From a virus (taxonomy: Duplodnaviria; Heunggongvirae; Uroviricota; Caudoviricetes), in the IMG/VR virus record IMGVR_UViG_3300044825_003843, positions 1 to 64,000 of that record: 64,000 nt of DNA; one strand, 5' to 3'. The position numbers and the translations under genes are program-made. Numbering within the stretch: the stretch's first letter is position 1; each line of letters starts with the position of its first letter. Positions 9,439 to 17,842 of this stretch are shown here, one piece after another. Under the pieces are notes generated by a model that was not told the DNA's origin, did no database searches, and saw only the letters and a list, made by a program, of their open reading frames with translations.

Positions 9439-10672
9439 AATTCATTTTTTGTTCTTCATCATAAAACTTTCTTATGGAAACACTATTTTGAAATTTTTGA
9501 GAGTGTCCTTCTTCTTCTATCCAATTCCAATCAAAAAATCCTAAGTAATTAATTCTTTCATGAATTGCTAAATCATAGTAATCTCTTATTAATCTTGCTC
9601 TTCGATTGATATCCTGAGCGTTGTTGTCTGTTGTAGTGTCTCTACTACTATATTGAAAATATAAAACTTTTTTCACATGTATCATCCTTGTATTCAAAAA
9701 AGTCCTGATGAGTATTTCCAAATCATCTGCTACAGGTGTATTTTTATTGTGTCCTCCGATTTCATGATACAGATTTCTTTCCCACATTCTTACGTGGTTG
9801 GGCATACTAATGTTGAATCTTATAGACAAAGGGTTGATATCAGGATATCTGTGTGCTAATATTTCATTTCCATCAACAGTTTCCCATTCATGTCCAGCAT
9901 AACCAAAATCGAAAAAGTTATCATGTCTTGCATACCAATTACCTGTCCAATCGTGGTCATAATATTTAAACTCACCTGTTTCATAGAACTCACAACAATC
10001 TGAATATAAAAATCCCGCGTCAGGAAATCGTAGAATAGCATCGTCTGCAACCGCCAAACAATTTGTGGTAAGACAATCGTCATGGTCAAGTTCTATTAAC
10101 CAATCACCATCACACAACATTGCCGCTCTATGTTTTGCCAAACCAACATTCCCACCCGTTATTGGATTTAGTTTGTATATTTTAACACGGTAATCTAACG
10201 ACTCTATGTCTTTTAGAATTTTGAAGGTTTCTTCGTTTGGTGAGTCATCAACAACAACCCATTGCCAATTCTTAAGTGTTTGATTTTTTAAACTTTCATA
10301 CGTTCTATAAATTCTTTCACCCGTATTATACGTGGGGGTAAAAATTGAGAACCTTGGTCTTATAACCTCACAGGATTTAAACACGGTTTGACAAACAATA
10401 TCATTAGCCAAAACACTATCAGGTAATTGTTGTTGATAGTATCTATAAATCCTAAGTAATCTGTAATTGTTTATTGGAATATCCTGACCAAACGAGATAA
10501 TTAAGTCAGGTTTATACTTTGTGAAATCAAGTTCCATGTTACCATCATAAGTAAGTGAATAAACTTCAACACTTTCATGTAACCCTTCCTCCCAATATAC
10601 ATCAGAAGTCAATGTGTGGTGACCAATTCGGTCCCAACCATATACAATAGCCGTAGGTTTTTTTGTTTTCAT
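9425..10672 (-). CDS. family 2 glycosyltransferase
   Basis: FSIFTPTYNTGERIYRTYESLKNQTLKNWQWVVVDDSPNE ... IELDHDD (GT2 DxD motifs). Confidence 0.7.
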   Translation of the reverse strand: MKTKKPTAIVYGWDRIGHHTLTSDVYWEEGLHESVEVYSLTYDGNMELDFTKYKPDLIISFGQDIPINNYRLLRIYRYYQQQLPDSVLANDIVCQTVFKSCEVIRPRFSIFTPTYNTGERIYRTYESLKNQTLKNWQWVVVDDSPNEETFKILKDIESLDYRVKIYKLNPITGGNVGLAKHRAAMLCDGDWLIELDHDDCLTTNCLAVADDAILRFPDAGFLYSDCCEFYETGEFKYYDHDWTGNWYARHDNFFDFGYAGHEWETVDGNEILAHRYPDINPLSIRFNISMPNHVRMWERNLYHEIGGHNKNTPVADDLEILIRTFLNTRMIHVKKVLYFQYSSRDTTTDNNAQDINRRARLIRDYYDLAIHERINYLGFFDWNWIEEEGHSQKFQNSVSIRKFYDEEQKMNYVYE

Positions 10673-10709
10673 GGATTAAATTTAAAGAAAAAAAAGATAC
10701 CTGTAAAGT

Positions 10710-11042
10710 CTAATCACCATCATCATTCCAAGATGTTAATATGAATTCTAAATTTATGTAATTGATTTGATTATACTTGTTTTTTGTTACGGATGCCTTC
10801 ATTCCTCCTGTTGCGGTGAAGAATGACTCCCAAGGTCTCAAAGTTTTACTTTCGAGCGCCCCTTTAATCGCATTATCAATCAAATATCTAGCATTACTTT
10901 TCAAATCGTCAACATTTGGAACTCCCCGACCAGGAACACCAGCCCATGTCCAATTCAAAAATCTCATAGTTTTTTCTGTTTTTTCCCAATTGAAATGCTC
11001 CATGACGGTTTCAATCATGTCCTCGAGTTTCTTTCGTTTCAT
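10710..11042 (-). CDS. hypothetical protein
   Basis: 110-aa ORF. Confidence 0.4.
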   Translation of the reverse strand: MKRKKLEDMIETVMEHFNWEKTEKTMRFLNWTWAGVPGRGVPNVDDLKSNARYLIDNAIKGALESKTLRPWESFFTATGGMKASVTKNKYNQINYINLEFILTSWNDDGD

Positions 11043-11061
11043 ATTTTTTTGTTTAAAGGAA

Positions 11062-11079
11062 AACTCCCCGAAGGGAGTT
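11062..11079 (-). terminator. putative rho-independent terminator hairpin
   Basis: aactccccgaagggagtt stem-loop immediately downstream of the 11084..11824 gene, followed on minus strand by T-rich tract. Confidence 0.4.
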
Positions 11080-11083
11080 CTAA

Positions 11084-11824
11084 TTAACTTACCGCATCTA
11101 ACGCCATGGACATATCACCATCCCACTTAATGATTTTGGACTTCGGAACCCAAAACTCCATCTCTCCAATCTCTTCTACTCTTTTCAAATATTCCTCTCT
11201 AAATCTGTTCGCTTGGGACTTGTCTGTGATATACTCAACTCCCATGTGACCAGCACAAATCTTACCCATACGAGTCAACATTGAGAACTCATCAGTCAAA
11301 GTTTTAGCACAACACATACAAACGTCCCCTCTTTTAACTGTCATCTTTCCTGAGAACTTAACCGCCTTCGGAGAAATTGCCAATATCTTAGTGATATCAA
11401 GAAGGATTGGATTGAACTTCAAACCATACTTCTCTTTCAATCCCTGACCCACAGTTCTTCCCACTTTGATGGTTTCACCTGGTGTCGGCCACTTGACATG
11501 GATAGTTTCGTTTTTGTCTTTCTCTTTCTGAATTGTTTTGGTTGCTGCTTCAACCTGCTTGTTAGTGAGTGTCCCGTAAGTAATCAACTTTTTCTTGATG
11601 TCAGCTACAAACGCACTTGGACCATTGTAATCAGCAATAATTTTGAGTTCTTCAGGTAACTCCTGAACGTTCACTTTAACTTCTGAATTCAAACACTTCT
11701 CAACCGCGGCTTCTTGTGCGGGAGTCAAACCTCCGTAACGTGAAATTGTTTCTTTCATTTTCATAACAAAACTGTTTGAACCTTGATAGTTTCTTACTTT
11801 GCTAACGGTGTTAATTGTTGTCAT
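11084..11824 (-). CDS. hypothetical protein (possible virion protein), preceded by conserved promoter motif
   Basis: 246-aa ORF with internal YGxLTxxQ repeats; conserved upstream motif 11836..11857. Confidence 0.5.
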   Translation of the reverse strand: MTTINTVSKVRNYQGSNSFVMKMKETISRYGGLTPAQEAAVEKCLNSEVKVNVQELPEELKIIADYNGPSAFVADIKKKLITYGTLTNKQVEAATKTIQKEKDKNETIHVKWPTPGETIKVGRTVGQGLKEKYGLKFNPILLDITKILAISPKAVKFSGKMTVKRGDVCMCCAKTLTDEFSMLTRMGKICAGHMGVEYITDKSQANRFREEYLKRVEEIGEMEFWVPKSKIIKWDGDMSMALDAVS

Positions 11825-11835
11825 ATAGTGGTGAT

Positions 11836-11857
11836 TTGTGAATACAAAGATACGACC
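11836..11857 (-). promoter_or_regulatory. conserved upstream element, Bacteroidetes-type promoter (TAnnTTTG) plus palindrome TTTGTATTCACAAA
   Basis: minus-strand reading GTCGTATCTTTGTATTCACAAA about 15-35 nt upstream of ATG; identical 22-mer at 12487..12508 and related copy at 44536..44554. Confidence 0.55.
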
Positions 11858-12002
11858 TTTTTCTCATTCCGCCAAATAAAAAATCCCTCAATTTGAGGGA
11901 CCTTTTTTCCTAAATTTTCCAGCAAAATTGTCAAAAACTATGATACAAACAAGAATCAGTGGTACACTGAAAAGATACAACAAAATCGAAATCTTGAAGA
12001 TA

Positions 12003-12476
12003 TTAATTATTTCTAAAAGCATAATCAGCCCAAGTTTTAGCGTTTACAAGTTCCCACAATTTCATGTCACACATATCAGGGAAAGAAGTTCTCATATCAC
12101 CTACGGTCAAAACTTTCAGGAAACCCAAATCTATACTATACCATTTACCCCCTTTGGTTGTTAGAACATTAAACCAAAGAACCTTACCGTTATCGTAGGT
12201 GTGTTTAACTTGAATATTTACGAGACCGTTTTTGGACCAAGGAGAAATAACGTCCTTGGGAGTTCCTGTTATATCAGTAATATTGACAAATCCCGCTTTA
12301 CATTTAGCCGCCACACGGAACTCATACTGTTTATTGTCATCCTTGAGATGGTTAGAAACCATAACTGAGGTTCTCTTACCTTTGATTGTGGTATCGAAAG
12401 AACCGTAAAAAACATCTCCTGACATTACTGGGTCTGTACTAACTTTAACTGCGGGGGTGGTAGTGATTGTGTTCAT
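12003..12476 (-). CDS. hypothetical protein (beta-rich, possible structural)
   Basis: 157-aa ORF preceded by same conserved upstream motif. Confidence 0.45.
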   Translation of the reverse strand: MNTITTTPAVKVSTDPVMSGDVFYGSFDTTIKGKRTSVMVSNHLKDDNKQYEFRVAAKCKAGFVNITDITGTPKDVISPWSKNGLVNIQVKHTYDNGKVLWFNVLTTKGGKWYSIDLGFLKVLTVGDMRTSFPDMCDMKLWELVNAKTWADYAFRNN

Positions 12477-12486
12477 ATGTTGTTTT

Positions 12487-12508
12487 TTGTGAATACAAAG
12501 ATACGACT
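12487..12508 (-). promoter_or_regulatory. second copy of conserved promoter-like element
   Basis: tttgtgaatacaaagatacgac identical to copy at 11836..11857. Confidence 0.55.
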
Positions 12509-12614
12509 TTCTATATTGTCAGCCAAAACTTTTTTTTGTATTGATTTTCAGTTAGTTATGTTTTCTACTGAGGGGAAAACTGTAGATTTTTAGTCAATTG
12601 TTGTATTTATTGGA

Positions 12615-13529
12615 ATGAGTAATAGGTTAAAAAAACTTGCAAGTATTATTAGTGATGAATTCAGTGATAATTTAACAAAAATCTACGGTTCAGTTTTGAC
12701 TTTTCAGTCAGAAAATCCTGATTATTTTGTACCAACTTTTACCGCCAATGATACAATTAAATTGGTATATTATATCTATTCTCTCAAAAAAACTGATGGT
12801 TTTGACTTTGCTGAAAAAATTATCCCTGAGTTACATCTTGCACAATTTTTTGATTATAATAAAGTAAGTGTACATCAGGAAAATTGTGATAATTGTGATG
12901 GTGATGGAAATGAGACATGTCAATATTGTGATGGAAATGGGCAGATAAGTTGTGACAGTTGTGAGGGCGAAGGTGAAGTAGATTGTAATATGTGCGATGG
13001 AGAGGGTAGAACAGAATGTAGTGAATGCGATGGTGAAGGTGATATCGATGGAGAAACATGTGATAATTGTAGTGGGAACGGTGAAGTTGAGTGTGATACT
13101 TGTGGAGGTGGTGGTAAAAAAACTTGTAATAGTTGTGGTGGTGATGGGTATGAAAGTTGTGATGAATGTAGTGGCAACGGGTCAATAAATTGTGATTACT
13201 GCGATAATGATGGTCAAATAGATACTGAAGATTTCGATTATATAATACATGAATATCTGATATTTGACGATGACCTTATAGATGGTCTTTACAGGGATTG
13301 GCAAAATAACACACCCTTAGGTCATACCCTCGAGTTCAAGGGAAGACCAACAGTTCTCTTAATCAATAGTAGATGGGAATATGGTCAATTCGACCCATCA
13401 GTTAAAGAGTATGAAAAATATTGTTTCAACATATCCCCATTCAATTCAACAAGACTATTCTACAAAAGAAAAGGTGTATCAGTTGAAGGAATTAGTGCAA
13501 ATGACGAACCAGATACTTTATTGATTTAA
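12615..13529 (+). CDS. protein with about 14 tandem DnaJ-type CxxCxGxG zinc-finger repeats
   Basis: CDNCDGDGNETCQYCDGNGQISCDSCEGEGEVDCNMCDGEGRTECSECDGEGD...; N- and C-terminal flanks paralogous to 14205..15050. Confidence 0.65.
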   Translation: MSNRLKKLASIISDEFSDNLTKIYGSVLTFQSENPDYFVPTFTANDTIKLVYYIYSLKKTDGFDFAEKIIPELHLAQFFDYNKVSVHQENCDNCDGDGNETCQYCDGNGQISCDSCEGEGEVDCNMCDGEGRTECSECDGEGDIDGETCDNCSGNGEVECDTCGGGGKKTCNSCGGDGYESCDECSGNGSINCDYCDNDGQIDTEDFDYIIHEYLIFDDDLIDGLYRDWQNNTPLGHTLEFKGRPTVLLINSRWEYGQFDPSVKEYEKYCFNISPFNSTRLFYKRKGVSVEGISANDEPDTLLI

Positions 13530-13793
13530 ATTATCAATCCAATCCTGTAAAGGTTGATGGTCACCATTGTAAAGTTCCCTTCTCAAATCATGTTGAATAT
13601 GTTGTTCTTCTGTTGGAGTTTGTCCGTTTGTCAGAAGTTCTGTGTGTCTTTGACCTTGAATAAATTGTATGATATTTTGATAACATCGAGCAGAATAAAC
13701 GAAGTTCTCACACTCAAAAACAACATATTTTGTAAACTCTTCAGGTGAAATCAGAGTTCTTATAAAAGTAAATCCAGTAGTTTCGTAACTCAT
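13518..13793 (-). CDS. hypothetical protein
   Basis: 91-aa ORF. Confidence 0.35.
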   Translation of the reverse strand: MSYETTGFTFIRTLISPEEFTKYVVFECENFVYSARCYQNIIQFIQGQRHTELLTNGQTPTEEQHIQHDLRRELYNGDHQPLQDWIDNLNQ

Positions 13794-13798
13794 AGTTT

Positions 13799-14140
13799 TT
13801 ATTTATAATTACACACGTTTGATTGAAAACAACCCTGTCCCGCACCTTCAACATAACCGACTCTTGTATCAATATGAGTATAGGTTTTGTAAGGTGACAC
13901 TTTACCACAGACAACACATTTATCATATCCGTTTTCTACATAAGAATCTTTTTTTGGTAAATGTATTCCCTTGACCAATCCGTCTTCATCAGCAATAATC
14001 ATAAACTTTTCGTCATCATATTCACGGATAGATTCCTCTTCTTTTTCTTCCCAATACATTTTTCTTACTTTTTCACCCAATTCTGCATCGTTAGGTGTAT
14101 TCAAAATTTCGTTTTCAGACAAATTAATAGTTATTGACAT
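13799..14140 (-). CDS. hypothetical protein with putative zinc ribbon
   Basis: CVVCGKV...GQGCFQSNVC. Confidence 0.4.
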   Translation of the reverse strand: MSITINLSENEILNTPNDAELGEKVRKMYWEEKEEESIREYDDEKFMIIADEDGLVKGIHLPKKDSYVENGYDKCVVCGKVSPYKTYTHIDTRVGYVEGAGQGCFQSNVCNYK

Positions 14141-14204
14141 ATAATTTAGTTTTTTGAAAACATAATCAAACTAATTCAATTTTCCAAAGCTATTTATAGT
14201 TTGA

Positions 14205-15050
14205 ATGAAAAATACAATCAAGAAAATTTGTTTAACATTGTTAGAGGATTGTCCTGAATCCCTCAATGGAATTTATTTGGAAGTGAAAAAACAACTTAAA
14301 TCACAACCTAATTATTTCTCGAGATTTTCTACTGCTGAAAAGTTTGAAATCGTTTACGGTATTTTTTCTCTCAAACAAACAGGACGTTTTGATTTGGCTG
14401 AACAAATTTTACCAAATATCAAGTTAGTTTCAATCTTCAATTTTTTATCAGATGATTTTGCAGAAATCGATTGTCCAAAGTGTGAAGGAGGTGAAAACCG
14501 ATGCAAGGAATGTAACATGTTCGGTGTAGTCAAATGTGATGATTGTGATGGTGAGGGTAGCCAATTTTGTTACAAATGCTATGGGACAGGTGAATACGGA
14601 AATGCCGATTGTGATAATTGCAGAGGAACTGGTCAAATTAGATGTAAGGTGTGTAATGGAGATTCAATGTTAACTTGTCCTGAATGTGGTGGTGACAAAG
14701 TTTTAACCTGTAACGAATGTGGTGGACAAGGAATGTTAGAATCTGAACAAGTGAACTTTAACCTATACGATTATATAATTTACGATAAAAATATATTACG
14801 ATATCTGTTCGATAGAGCCGAGTTGTTCAAACCTATCGGAGAAAATTCGAGCTTTTCTGATTCAATATCTTCGAATGAGAATATACTTCATTTAGGGTTA
14901 AGGTTTGATACCTTTGAACCAAAATCATTTGTTCAAGAAAAAGATTATTGTTATTTCATAGGTTCTATTAACGACGAAGAAAAAATAAATTGGAATATTT
15001 CTCCATCACCAATAGTCTCGACATTACCTCACAAGTATGTAAAAAAATAA
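14205..15050 (+). CDS. paralogous CxxCxGxG zinc-finger repeat protein
   Basis: DCPKCEGGENRCKECNMFGVVKCDDCDGEGSQFCYKCYGTGEYGNADCDNCRGTGQIRCKVCNGDSMLTCPECGGDKVLTCNECGGQG; shares flanking domains with 12615..13529. Confidence 0.65.
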   Translation: MKNTIKKICLTLLEDCPESLNGIYLEVKKQLKSQPNYFSRFSTAEKFEIVYGIFSLKQTGRFDLAEQILPNIKLVSIFNFLSDDFAEIDCPKCEGGENRCKECNMFGVVKCDDCDGEGSQFCYKCYGTGEYGNADCDNCRGTGQIRCKVCNGDSMLTCPECGGDKVLTCNECGGQGMLESEQVNFNLYDYIIYDKNILRYLFDRAELFKPIGENSSFSDSISSNENILHLGLRFDTFEPKSFVQEKDYCYFIGSINDEEKINWNISPSPIVSTLPHKYVKK

Positions 15051-15052
15051 AA

Positions 15053-15072
15053 AGAGAGACCGTAGTCTCTCT
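15053..15072. terminator. bidirectional terminator hairpin between convergent genes
   Basis: agagagaccgtagtctctct perfect 8-bp stem, A-run upstream and T-rich downstream. Confidence 0.5.
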
Positions 15073-15116
15073 TTATTGGGACTGCCCGATAAGGGACAAT
15101 CGCTCCACCACCAAGT

Positions 15117-15395
15117 TTAACTTGGAAAAATCAACTCGTTTATGATTCTTTCTGTCTCTTGAGCAGATACCCAAGCCATCACATCATCTTTTAGGTCAGG
15201 AAAATATTTCTTGGTTACAAATTCTTTTGTCTGTTTGTCTATGAGAGCAATTTCAAAATCATTCTCGAAATCACCATATAAACCTGGTCTACCACCTACA
15301 ATAGAAATCATAAATGAGTCTGACTCGATTATTGTTTGTTTTGCATCATCGGGTCTTGTCGTTGCGAGAGATACTACGTCTTGAATCGTTATCAT
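15117..15395 (-). CDS. hypothetical protein
   Basis: 92-aa ORF. Confidence 0.4.
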   Translation of the reverse strand: MITIQDVVSLATTRPDDAKQTIIESDSFMISIVGGRPGLYGDFENDFEIALIDKQTKEFVTKKYFPDLKDDVMAWVSAQETERIINELIFPS

Positions 15396-15401
15396 ATGTT
15401 A

Positions 15402-15686
15402 TTATTTTGAGACTGGTGACTCTATTTTAGATTTATTGATAAGTTGGTCAGTCAATGTTAAATAGTGTGTTTTAGTGGTTATTACGGACTCCACAAGGGT
15501 CTTGTAGGGAACGTGAATCAAGAAGTCTACCCCATTGAAAAAAGTAAGGTCTTCTTTCATGGTCAAACAACCTTGAATCATCTTCAAAAAAAGTTTGAAC
15601 TGAGATGGATTGACAAAATCTTCATCAACCAAAGTGCCGTAGGTTTCATTGATAACCCTGATGTTGTAGTGACTCATTGTATTCAT
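15402..15686 (-). CDS. hypothetical protein
   Basis: 94-aa ORF. Confidence 0.4.
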   Translation of the reverse strand: MNTMSHYNIRVINETYGTLVDEDFVNPSQFKLFLKMIQGCLTMKEDLTFFNGVDFLIHVPYKTLVESVITTKTHYLTLTDQLINKSKIESPVSK

Positions 15687-15722
15687 ATTACAAAGATATG
15701 GAAAAAAACATTACCAAAAAAA

Positions 15723-16268
15723 TTATTCTTGAGTGTTTTGTATAATTGGGGTGAAATTTTTACCCGAATCACTCATTATTCTGAAAGTTTGTATTTCTCC
15801 CAAATCGGGGAAACTTACCTGTTCTACAGTAATTCCCCACTTCTCCACCTGTTCGTTAATCTCAGGTGTTACCACACTACTCAAATCATACAAATCAGCC
15901 CATTTACAACCTTCAACTATATCACGAATAATTCCCTGTGTTGTATCAACCAAGACATCATTAGCATGCATTACTCCTAACAAAAACTTTCTAACGTCGT
16001 GAATATGGTATCGAACAATACTTGTGAGAACGACACTTTTCTCATCTTCAGAAGTCACAGTTTGGGGTGATAAGTTTACAGTCTGAGTTATTACAGGAGT
16101 TGTGATTATTTGGTCAAAGAAAGGAATTTTCCAATTCAAACCCGGTTCCACAACCTTTATGAATTTACCTACTCTGAGATGAACACCCATTTCCCATTGG
16201 TCAACAATTTTGAAGGGTAAAAAATCTCCAATAAAAGTTACGATTAAATCGATGAGTTTGTCAAACAT
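15723..16268 (-). CDS. SPFH/band-7 domain protein (stomatin/HflC-like)
   Basis: IVDQWEMGVHLRVGKFIKVVEPGLNWKIPFFDQI...KSVVLTSIVRYHIHDVRKF...WGITVEQVSFPDL fits SPFH core. Confidence 0.65.
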   Translation of the reverse strand: MFDKLIDLIVTFIGDFLPFKIVDQWEMGVHLRVGKFIKVVEPGLNWKIPFFDQIITTPVITQTVNLSPQTVTSEDEKSVVLTSIVRYHIHDVRKFLLGVMHANDVLVDTTQGIIRDIVEGCKWADLYDLSSVVTPEINEQVEKWGITVEQVSFPDLGEIQTFRIMSDSGKNFTPIIQNTQE

Positions 16269-16332
16269 TTTATGTAATTTTGAAACACAAAGTTACTTAA
16301 AATAATCCAAATCACAAATATTTATAAAAACC

Positions 16333-16605
16333 ATGGAAAAAGATTTTGAAGTTTTGAAAAAAATTCTTAAAGAAATGAATTTCGCTGAAGGATTCATTGA
16401 TATGTTACTGAGTTTTGTAAAAAAACAAATGTTATCATATAATTTTGATAAATTGACACCAAACTTCCTTTACACTATTTTGATGTACGAAATTGGTAGG
16501 AATAATGCAAGAGACGTTTCTGAATATTTTGAAGATTATTTGAAAAAGGGAACTTACAAAACTAAACTGCAAGACTTATTGGATAAGTCTCCGTGGATGA
16601 GATAA
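16333..16605 (+). CDS. hypothetical protein
   Basis: 90-aa ORF followed by strong terminator. Confidence 0.4.
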   Translation: MEKDFEVLKKILKEMNFAEGFIDMLLSFVKKQMLSYNFDKLTPNFLYTILMYEIGRNNARDVSEYFEDYLKKGTYKTKLQDLLDKSPWMR

Positions 16606-16608
16606 TAA

Positions 16609-16633
16609 AAACCCTCCGTTTGGAGGGTTTTTT
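16609..16633. terminator. bidirectional rho-independent terminator
   Basis: aaaccctccgtttggagggtttttt: 6-bp GC-rich stem, GTTT loop, T-run; between convergent genes. Confidence 0.7.
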
Positions 16634-16635
16634 AT

Positions 16636-17823
16636 TTATTGTTGTTGTCTATTTCTCATCCTCTCAACCTTACGTTGTTGTTGAGGTGTTAAGTTAGTTT
16701 GTGGTACTTGAAATGTTGGTGCTTGTGTCGATAAATTCTGTGGTATTTGATTAGATATTTGTGTGTTTCTGTCAGGTCTATCTAATTTCACTGGTTGTTC
16801 CAACTCTCTTTTAGTAGGTATTGGTTCTTCCTGAGATGGATTTTGTTGTCCTTTACTTGCTAAATAAGCTTTTTTAATCTCTTCATCTTGCCATGCTCTA
16901 CTTGTATTTGGTCCAAATTTACCGAAGCCTTTTTGAACATTACCACCAAGTGTTTGATATTTAGAATGCCATCCAGGTTTATTTGTATCCAACCAAGTTT
17001 GGAAATCCTGAACTCCTTTTACATCCACTAATTCAGAAGGAATTTCATAACTTGTTGATGAGCTTGAACTTGTTCCATAACCAGTTACTGGTGTGTCTTG
17101 CGGTGGTTGTTCTGGTTGTCCTTCAGATTGAACTCCATTATCTTTAGCAAATTGCCAAAGAACCGCACCTGTTATACCTATACCAGCAGCAAACGCTAAG
17201 GTTTTTTTCCACCCTTTTGTTTTTAGTGAAGTCAACAAATTATCTTTATATTTTGTTAGATTCTCTTTAGCCTTTGTCAAACCTTCTTTGGTTTTTTGAA
17301 TCAATGATTTTTTGCCTTGTTGTATTGGTGGTGGTGCAATACTATCATATTTTTTCATAATTCTTTTGATACCATCATCAGAATATCCATTTTGTTTTAA
17401 TAAAACTTTTCTATCTGCCGCTGAAGCATTTTGGAATTGTACAGCCTTTGTTCCTTTTGAATTTGCTAGTTGTTTTGCATAACCCTCGGCCGCTGCATCA
17501 GCAAGTCCAACCAATTCATCTGTTTGTTTCGCATTTTTTAAGAGACCTTGCTGTAATTCTTGCATGACGTTTGCTGATGCCTTACCCTGTTTAGCTAATG
17601 CTAATACTTTTTCAGCACCACCAGCATTTTTCAAAGAAGGTATTATATTGTCTAATTGTGCTGAAATTGTCTTAATAAAATCATCACTATATCCTTGAAT
17701 TAGTTTAGCAAAAAAACCTGATTCGACTAATAAGTCAAGATTTTCAGTAAGAGTTAGCTCTGTTTTATAATTTGAAAGAATTCTCATTCTTTCCAATTCT
17801 TCTTTCAATAAATTCTCTGTCAT
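16636..17823 (-). CDS. hypothetical membrane-anchored protein with Q/P-rich C-terminus (possible internal virion/ejection protein)
   Basis: one TM segment (TLAFAAGIGITGAVLWQF), low-complexity S/Q/P-rich tail. Confidence 0.4.
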   Translation of the reverse strand: MTENLLKEELERMRILSNYKTELTLTENLDLLVESGFFAKLIQGYSDDFIKTISAQLDNIIPSLKNAGGAEKVLALAKQGKASANVMQELQQGLLKNAKQTDELVGLADAAAEGYAKQLANSKGTKAVQFQNASAADRKVLLKQNGYSDDGIKRIMKKYDSIAPPPIQQGKKSLIQKTKEGLTKAKENLTKYKDNLLTSLKTKGWKKTLAFAAGIGITGAVLWQFAKDNGVQSEGQPEQPPQDTPVTGYGTSSSSSTSYEIPSELVDVKGVQDFQTWLDTNKPGWHSKYQTLGGNVQKGFGKFGPNTSRAWQDEEIKKAYLASKGQQNPSQEEPIPTKRELEQPVKLDRPDRNTQISNQIPQNLSTQAPTFQVPQTNLTPQQQRKVERMRNRQQQ

Positions 17824-17842
17824 TTTTATTTTTTTTTATTTT

